Shown: piece after piece, positions 58,282 through 64,000 of the stretch | How the letters are laid out: each line of letters opens with the position of its first letter | How positions within the stretch are numbered: position 1 is the stretch's first letter | NCBI GenBank assembly: GCA_027078545.1 | Contig: JALWXN010000004.1 | Span: 736,001-800,000 of the forward strand | Direction of reading: 5' to 3' | Length of the DNA stretch: 64,000 nt | Origin: Nitrososphaeria archaeon | GTDB lineage: Archaea; Thermoproteota; Nitrososphaeria; Geothermarchaeales; JDFR-13 | The notes under the pieces: model-generated | What the model was told of the DNA's origin: nothing | What the model saw: only the letters and a program-made list of their open reading frames with translations | Database searches by the model: none | Made by a program: the position numbers and the translations under genes

Positions 58282-58405
58282 ATTTAAAATTTACTATGGC
58301 CTCCACGGAAAAGTGGGGACATTGGGAGGTGGATGGGTAGGGGATGAGCGTTGGATTACCAACGGGGGTATATGCTGTTTGTGCTTTGGCTGTGGGTCCT
58401 GGTGT

Positions 58406-60004
58406 TTATCTGTTTCCCATGCTTCTTCTTTGGAGTTTCCTCCGGGTTGATATGAGCCTTTCCCTTAACCTTGTCTTCCCTGATGTGTATTTGGGCTTAC
58501 GGTCTCTTAATAGCTGCTTGTCTATATGGTCGGTTGGGAGTCTTCCGTCGATGTCCTCGGGTATGGGTGTGTCGGCCAGGTATAGTATTAGGGGGGCTAT
58601 GTCCATTATCGACAGTTTCCCTCCTAATCCCTTCCTGAACCCTCTCCCTCCAAATGCGTAGAACCCCTCTCTTATGTGGAAGGATGGGGCTATCCTTATC
58701 GCTCTGAGATCGTTTACTTTGGAGAGGCTTGGCTGGCTGGGCTTGAATAGCTTCTTTCCCGTGCCTCTTGAGGCGAACCACAGTCTCTCATCTGGCTCTA
58801 GTAGGATGTCTGGGATGTCTGGCTCGGGATTTGGATTGCTTATAACCTGTTTAAAGAGCTTTACCCCGTCCACCTCCAGGTTCCGAAGCCTCTCCACAGC
58901 CTCATTTACAAGTTTTTCATGTTCCGATGCGTCTACGAATCCCTTTCTAAATATGCCTCTCAGGTTGGCTTTTAGACCCCCTACATTTACTAGGGGGAAT
59001 ATCTCTGTTCTCTCCCAGTCCACCATTGTCTGCATCTCCCTCGCTGGACTCTCGAGTATCAAGACACGGTTTATCCCCACATTTAGCCTCCTTTTAATGC
59101 TTTGCGGTAGTATCCTCCATATCCTCCTGACGAGGCGGTTTCTCCTCAGCCATGTTGCCCTTATCCTCCTAGTCCTCCTCAACTGTAGATATCCTAGATC
59201 CGCCAGTATCGTCAGCAGGTCTATAAGCTTGTCCTTCCTCCTATGTCCATGATCCGACATTATGATGTAGCCCGCCTCCTCCCCTAGATGATCCATATAT
59301 CTGCCTAGCCAGGTGTCGAGTCTCGCGAGGCATTTATAGACGTATTCCATGTAGTCGGGGTCGTCCATAAACATGTGGAGGAGGATGTCGGGGGTCATGG
59401 CTATGTAGAGGTGTAGGGTATAGTCCCCACGCCTCATCAATTCATACATTGCTCTGAGCCTCTCCTCCTCTACCTCCATCACCCTCCTGTAGTAGTCCTC
59501 AGGCCTACCGCTGTAGAATGGGTATCCGATCCTATAGCCCAGCCTGTTAAGGGTCTCGAGGATCTCGGCTGGGTAGATGTTCTCCGGCCTCGGCCTGGAG
59601 GGGCCTACGAATTCCTGCTCCTGCCCTATCCATACACCCTCCACCCTTGGTGCTGGGGTGCTTATAGGAATGTTCATGTAGAGCCCTCTATGCCCATGCC
59701 TACCGAGCCTCTCCCAGACCCCCTCTACACGTAGATCCTTTATCGACATGTATCGTAGGCTATAGTCCGTATCTATCACTACGAAGTTTATCAGGCCGTG
59801 CCTCGTAGGCCTATACCCGGTCAACGCTGCATACCAGTTCGCCGGCGTTACTATAGGTGGCTCCGCCAGTAAACCGTCCATACCACCCATCCCGACCAGG
59901 TCTCCCAGGTTGGGCGTATAGCCAGTCTCGACCGCCTCCCTAGCCACGCCGAGTGGCACACCGTCCCAGCCGAAGAATAGGATCTTCACCCCCTGCTTCA
60001 CCAC
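58406..60004 (-). CDS. Alkaline-phosphatase superfamily phosphodiesterase/sulfatase (COG3379-like)
   Basis: FGWDG, PPIVTPANW...TG..P..HG, PD..H, MSDHGH, 'SIMDIAP...IDGR'. Confidence 0.85.
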   Translation of the reverse strand: MVKQGVKILFFGWDGVPLGVAREAVETGYTPNLGDLVGMGGMDGLLAEPPIVTPANWYAALTGYRPTRHGLINFVVIDTDYSLRYMSIKDLRVEGVWERLGRHGHRGLYMNIPISTPAPRVEGVWIGQEQEFVGPSRPRPENIYPAEILETLNRLGYRIGYPFYSGRPEDYYRRVMEVEEERLRAMYELMRRGDYTLHLYIAMTPDILLHMFMDDPDYMEYVYKCLARLDTWLGRYMDHLGEEAGYIIMSDHGHRRKDKLIDLLTILADLGYLQLRRTRRIRATWLRRNRLVRRIWRILPQSIKRRLNVGINRVLILESPAREMQTMVDWERTEIFPLVNVGGLKANLRGIFRKGFVDASEHEKLVNEAVERLRNLEVDGVKLFKQVISNPNPEPDIPDILLEPDERLWFASRGTGKKLFKPSQPSLSKVNDLRAIRIAPSFHIREGFYAFGGRGFRKGLGGKLSIMDIAPLILYLADTPIPEDIDGRLPTDHIDKQLLRDRKPKYTSGKTRLRERLISTRRKLQRRSMGNR

Positions 60005-60062
60005 CCTGTCCAGTAAGACCCACCAGTCATCACTACTAGATAGTTGTGCGGGGCATAATTAT

Positions 60063-61244
60063 TCACTGCCCAGTTACGATGCCTATAAACCTGCTGAAAA
60101 TAGCAGGGGCTATCTTGAGTGGTGGTACGGCGAGGACTGAGAGTCCACTTATCAGGGCTAGGATCGCGGCGGCCTCGAACGCACCTGTATATGACGTTGT
60201 GGAGGCGAGTATCCTGAGAATTATCCCAATGTTCAGCGCCACGGTTGCGAGGTAGCTCCTCCCGAGGTCTAGGCCGGTGACTGCTCTGAAGACTATTGGT
60301 GCATGGCCCAGCAGCATGTTCCCTATATATCCGAGTGCGGCTGTATGTAGCACTATGTCTGTGTAGAACCACTCGCGTGACAGTGAGGTGTAGAGGTAGG
60401 TTGCCAGGGAGATCGCAAGCCATAGGTAAGAGGCCATGAGATGGTTATGGAGGTATGGGTCGACCCCTGGACTCCCCCTTAGCCTATAGTCCCTATTGAT
60501 GAGTAGGAGTAGTAGGGCTGACATAACCACTATGTAGTAGCCCCTACCCAGCATAGGCATGTCGAGAACTGAGGAGGCCATGATCATGAGGGGGATGCTC
60601 GGCGAGGCTATGGAGAGCATCGTAAGTAGCCTCCCAGGGCCGCCTAGGAACCTGGTCAGCTCGACCCTCTCACCCATTATGAAGAGTATGGGGTATAGGA
60701 GGAGGATCGTCCCATAGAGGTCGTAGGGCAGGACCTGGAAGAGAACCATGTTGAGAATGGCGAGGAGTAGGGATAGGTATGCCGCTAGGAACAGGATGAG
60801 GCTTGGGAAAGGTGTGTAGCGCCTCAGACCTATGTAGAAATAGGCCATCGAGAGAGTGCCAAGCAGGAGTGGATAGGATAGTAGGGTCACGGGTAGGCCG
60901 AGCTCTAAGAAGCGGTTGGCGAGGAGTAGGAGTGTCCCCGATACGAAGGATACTAGGGCTATTAGGAGGATATACCTAAACATCTCCACACCCCTGGGGA
61001 GGCCGGAGATACGCTCAACAGTTATCAGTACTGCGATGAAGCCTATGATTATGAGGCTGGAGTGGTAGTCATACACCATGTAGAGCCTCTCATGTAGAAG
61101 ACCTACTATCCCCCCTGTGTATCCCGGCGAGTATATGGTGACTAGCCTGGGCAGACCCACCAGGATGCCTAGGACCATGGATATTACCGCTACGCCCATG
61201 GCGGGGAATATCTTCCTATCGATCCGTCTCCACGGGGTGACCAT
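60063..61244 (-). CDS. Multi-pass membrane protein, NnrS-like
   Basis: H....GF....I..ER, I.GERVEL, 'TDIVLHTAALGYIGNMLLGHAP'. Confidence 0.55.
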   Translation of the reverse strand: MVTPWRRIDRKIFPAMGVAVISMVLGILVGLPRLVTIYSPGYTGGIVGLLHERLYMVYDYHSSLIIIGFIAVLITVERISGLPRGVEMFRYILLIALVSFVSGTLLLLANRFLELGLPVTLLSYPLLLGTLSMAYFYIGLRRYTPFPSLILFLAAYLSLLLAILNMVLFQVLPYDLYGTILLLYPILFIMGERVELTRFLGGPGRLLTMLSIASPSIPLMIMASSVLDMPMLGRGYYIVVMSALLLLLINRDYRLRGSPGVDPYLHNHLMASYLWLAISLATYLYTSLSREWFYTDIVLHTAALGYIGNMLLGHAPIVFRAVTGLDLGRSYLATVALNIGIILRILASTTSYTGAFEAAAILALISGLSVLAVPPLKIAPAIFSRFIGIVTGQ

Positions 61245-61344
61245 GACACTCTATATAAGGGTCACACCGAGGAAATAACCGTGTTATAAGTAATATTATC
61301 AATGACATATTGCCCAATAAGTATTGTTAAGAGGTGTCACACAG

Positions 61345-61506
61345 ATGGATGTCGAGATCCTTAAGGTAGGTGTTCGGGGCGAGATCTACCTGAAGAAGAG
61401 TCTGAGGGAGGAGCTGGGGATAGAGCCTGGGGAGTATGTCAAGGCCTATGTGGAGGACGGGAGGCTTATCATAGTCCCCCTTAAAGAGATCTTGAAGCCC
61501 CTCTAG
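61345..61506 (+). CDS. AbrB/MazE/SpoVT-family DNA-binding protein
   Basis: KVGVRGEIYLKKSLREELGIEPGE...EDGRLIIVP; ATG 61345. Confidence 0.85.
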   Translation: MDVEILKVGVRGEIYLKKSLREELGIEPGEYVKAYVEDGRLIIVPLKEILKPL

Positions 61507-61880
61507 CCCATTGCCCGGCTGAAGATAACGTGTATCACCATCGAGGATATCCATAGCGTGGGTATCAGTATAATGAGTAGGGAGGTGGCTAGGCTTAGCC
61601 CCCTACCAACCATGTCCTGGGCCAGGTAGTATATCAGCGTTACAGCCACGGGTATAAATGTGGATACGGCTAGGCATAGGAGGAGCGTCCTAGGCCTCTC
61701 ACTGGCCATCCCGAGTAGGAAGCCTATGAAGACGGTGGCCATAACCAGTGGGACCGGGCCGAAGAAGAAGTACATCGCCAGTATGACTATGCTCCCCACC
61801 AGTGAGAGGGCTAGTGGCAGGGAGCTGTCCAAACCCCTCCTCACCTCCGCCGAGACTCCCTCATAAACTTCTTTGTCCAC
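61503..61880 (-). CDS. Hypothetical 4-TM membrane protein
   Basis: Continuous hydrophobic helices; overlaps the upstream AbrB gene. Confidence 0.65.
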   Translation of the reverse strand: MDKEVYEGVSAEVRRGLDSSLPLALSLVGSIVILAMYFFFGPVPLVMATVFIGFLLGMASERPRTLLLCLAVSTFIPVAVTLIYYLAQDMVGRGLSLATSLLIILIPTLWISSMVIHVIFSRAMG

Positions 61881-62071
61881 TTACCCCTTAGGCTGGGGGT
61901 TATCTTCACATCCCTAGCTATATCCCTCTCAACCCTGACCATTGCGACGCCCGCCTCCTCATCGACCTCCCACACCAGTATATCCCCGACCTCGATCCCC
62001 AGCGCATGCCTAACCTCGGAGGGGACTACAGTGGCCCCATTGCCGTAGACCCTGCTCCACGACTCGGCCAT
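61841..62071 (-). CDS. AbrB/MazE/SpoVT-family DNA-binding protein
   Basis: SRVYGNGATVVPSEVRHALGIEVGDILVW; ATG 62071. Confidence 0.8.
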   Translation of the reverse strand: MAESWSRVYGNGATVVPSEVRHALGIEVGDILVWEVDEEAGVAMVRVERDIARDVKITPSLRGKWTKKFMRESRRR

Positions 62072-62174
62072 GTATAACGAGATTATACCGCCGCTGTAAT
62101 AAAGACCTCTCGATGTACCTCCCATGCCTACACGGGGGTTACAGGCCCAATATTTTCATTAGGGGGTTCTGAAT
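62072..62174. promoter_or_regulatory. Dyads upstream of serine recombinase (candidate res/operator site)
   Basis: GTATAA-CGAGA-TTATAC (62072-62088) and TATTTTCATTAGGGGGTTCTGAAT (62151-62174). Confidence 0.55.
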
Positions 62175-62191
62175 TCTAGGTGGGGAGGCCG

Positions 62192-62920
62192 ATGAAGGCG
62201 GTGGTATACAGCAGGGTATCCACCGAGGAGCAGACACCCGAGTCCCAGCTACAGGTGGTCCTCGACTATGCCAGGAACAGGGGCTACGAGATAGTCAAGA
62301 TATTCGAGGAGAACATCTCTGGGAGTGTCGACCCCCTGGAGAGGCCCGTCTTCAAACAGGTCCTAAGCTACCTCCGTGAGCATGAGGTGGATCTCCTACT
62401 CCTCCACGACATGACCCGTTTCTACAGGCCTCCCCCCGGCCAGGCGTCGAGGGCGCTCAGCATTATGAGGCGTATAATGGATGAGTATAACGTGTTGATC
62501 GAGTTCGTCAGCGAACCTCAGATCGATGATCCTATGCTCTCGGAGCTGTGGCGCTTCCTGAAGAGCTGGATCTCCGCCTATGAGAGGCTCCAGATAAGTC
62601 TACGTACACGCTACGGCCTCCTAAGGGTTAAGAGGGAGGGCCGGCTATACCATAAGCCAGACATAGTTTACTACTACGCCGCATGGATATTCAACAAGGA
62701 TTTGAAGGATGTTTCGAGGACGGAGTATGAGGTTGCTAAGAGGCAGCTGACCGAGATAGTCTCGAAGTACTGGCGGGACTCGGCACTAAAGAAGACGAGG
62801 ATCGGTGAGCTCCTGAGGAAGAATGAGCTTAACGGGCTATACTTGAGGTTTCCACACGCCCCTAAGAGCTACCTAACGTTCTACAGGCTGGTTATGGATA
62901 AAAAGGCTGTGGGTAGCTAG
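62192..62920 (+). CDS. Serine recombinase (resolvase/invertase family)
   Basis: YSRVSTEEQ catalytic Ser motif, ISGS...ERP, DMTRFYR, ERLQISLRTRYGL helix E, C-terminal 'SYLTFYR' HTH-like end. Confidence 0.92.
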   Translation: MKAVVYSRVSTEEQTPESQLQVVLDYARNRGYEIVKIFEENISGSVDPLERPVFKQVLSYLREHEVDLLLLHDMTRFYRPPPGQASRALSIMRRIMDEYNVLIEFVSEPQIDDPMLSELWRFLKSWISAYERLQISLRTRYGLLRVKREGRLYHKPDIVYYYAAWIFNKDLKDVSRTEYEVAKRQLTEIVSKYWRDSALKKTRIGELLRKNELNGLYLRFPHAPKSYLTFYRLVMDKKAVGS

Positions 62921-63855
62921 GGAACGACGAGGGAGAGGACGGCCTTCTCAGTATGCATCCTGTTCTCCGCCTGGTGGAAGACGACGCTGTTCGGCCCCTC
63001 GATTACCTCGTCCGTCATCTCCTCACCCCTGTAGCCCGGTAGGCAGTGCATGAAGATATAGTCCTCCTTCGCGACTGAGACGGTCTCGAGGTTGGCCTGG
63101 TAACCCCTCCAGTCTCTCAGCCTCTTCTCCTTCTCCATTTCCGGGCCGCCCATGCTGTGCCATGTATTGGCGTAGATCACATCTGCATCCCTGAATGCCT
63201 CATAGATATCCTCTGTGAAGACTATGTTTGCACCGGTCTTCCTCGACATCTCCTCCACGAAGTCTAGGATCCTCTTGTCTGGCTCGTAGCCCTTCGGCCT
63301 AGCTATCCACATCTCGTAGCCGAAGATGCTGGAGATGATCATTAGGCTATGGCAGACGTTCCATATATCCCCTACATAGCCTATCTTAACCCTCCTGTTA
63401 CGCCCTTTAAACTCCCATATTGTCATGAGGTCGGCTAATCCCTGCATCGGGTGTGTAAGGTCTGTCAATGCGTTGATAACGGGGTTCTCCATATACTCGG
63501 CATACTCCTCCACAATCTCCTGGCCGAAGGTCCTGATAACCAGTGCGTCGAGATACTTGTCAAGGACACGTGCCGTATCCTTAATCGGCTCTCCACGGGA
63601 GAGCTGCATAACATTCGGATTCAGCTGTAGCGGCGTAGCCCCGAGATGCGCAATAGCCGCCATGAAGGAGACCCTCGTCCTCGTAGAGGGCTTCTCGAAG
63701 AGGAGGCCTATCACACGGCCCTCCAACGACCTATGCGGGACACGTGAGCTCCACAGCCGCTTAAACTCCATAGCAACCTCGACTACGAACTCTATCTCCC
63801 TCCTACTGAAGTCCATGAGGGTTAGGAAGTCCCTACCCCTGAAACGTGTCCTCAT
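62917..63855 (-). CDS. argF: Ornithine carbamoyltransferase-family transcarbamylase
   Basis: FEKPSTRTR, NALTD..HPMQ, SMG, FMHCLP, QAENR. Confidence 0.85.
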   Translation of the reverse strand: MRTRFRGRDFLTLMDFSRREIEFVVEVAMEFKRLWSSRVPHRSLEGRVIGLLFEKPSTRTRVSFMAAIAHLGATPLQLNPNVMQLSRGEPIKDTARVLDKYLDALVIRTFGQEIVEEYAEYMENPVINALTDLTHPMQGLADLMTIWEFKGRNRRVKIGYVGDIWNVCHSLMIISSIFGYEMWIARPKGYEPDKRILDFVEEMSRKTGANIVFTEDIYEAFRDADVIYANTWHSMGGPEMEKEKRLRDWRGYQANLETVSVAKEDYIFMHCLPGYRGEEMTDEVIEGPNSVVFHQAENRMHTEKAVLSLVVP

Positions 63856-64000
63856 GGATAGTTACTGAATAGCAGGCCTATCAATATAAATAGGGATATC
63901 TACACCCAAATCCATACATCCTCTCCCTAGAATTTAGCCGAATACCTAATTCGTACAACAGCTCTTCCAAAGCTTAAATATACCTCACAGGAAGTTACCT

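Noticed and set aside
62192-62920. IS607 element
   Set aside because: No N-terminal HTH before the catalytic domain and no downstream tnpB.
500-63868. Numerous antisense or overlapping 60-225-aa ORFs in the track
   Set aside because: Shadow ORFs of well-supported genes in a GC-rich genome, with no independent motifs.

Overview
A gene-dense 64-kb chromosomal window from a GC-rich archaeon, most likely a thermophilic TACK/Thermoproteota lineage. The placement is inferred from PEF(G)-CTERM-type surface proteins, archaeal VapBC pairs, TATA-like promoters and a GAAAG-ending CRISPR repeat. Most genes serve peptide and amino-acid scavenging (Liv ABC transporter, M19/M20 peptidases, two GGT-family enzymes, amidohydrolases, trans-sulfuration enzyme, argG, argF-like), metal handling (P1B ATPase with a NikR-like regulator, CutA, probable PCuAC), cell-surface proteins with glycosyltransferases, and DNA repair (Ogt, AlkA-like). 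A cas-less CRISPR array (46 perfect plus 1 degenerate 29-bp repeats, 46 spacers) lies at 53868-57094. Best leads: (1) a translationally coupled pair of an endonuclease IV-like TIM barrel missing most metal ligands and a Hef/FANCM-like helicase with a wHTH in place of the nuclease; (2) two inverted copies of a 27-bp dyad element (24/27 identical) that bracket the argG-CRISPR-vapBC segment and sit at local AC-to-GT strand-skew switches; (3) a stand-alone serine recombinase whose upstream dyad motif recurs at 41.7 kb and, as a three-subsite res-like cluster, at 51.6 kb; (4) a single ~16-kb inversion that would reunite livG with livF and also a split surface-glycosylation cluster; (5) an HTH-ACT gene divergent from argG with a 12-bp inverted-repeat operator candidate. 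All family calls come from motifs read by eye; no database searches were run. No rRNA or tRNA genes were recognised.
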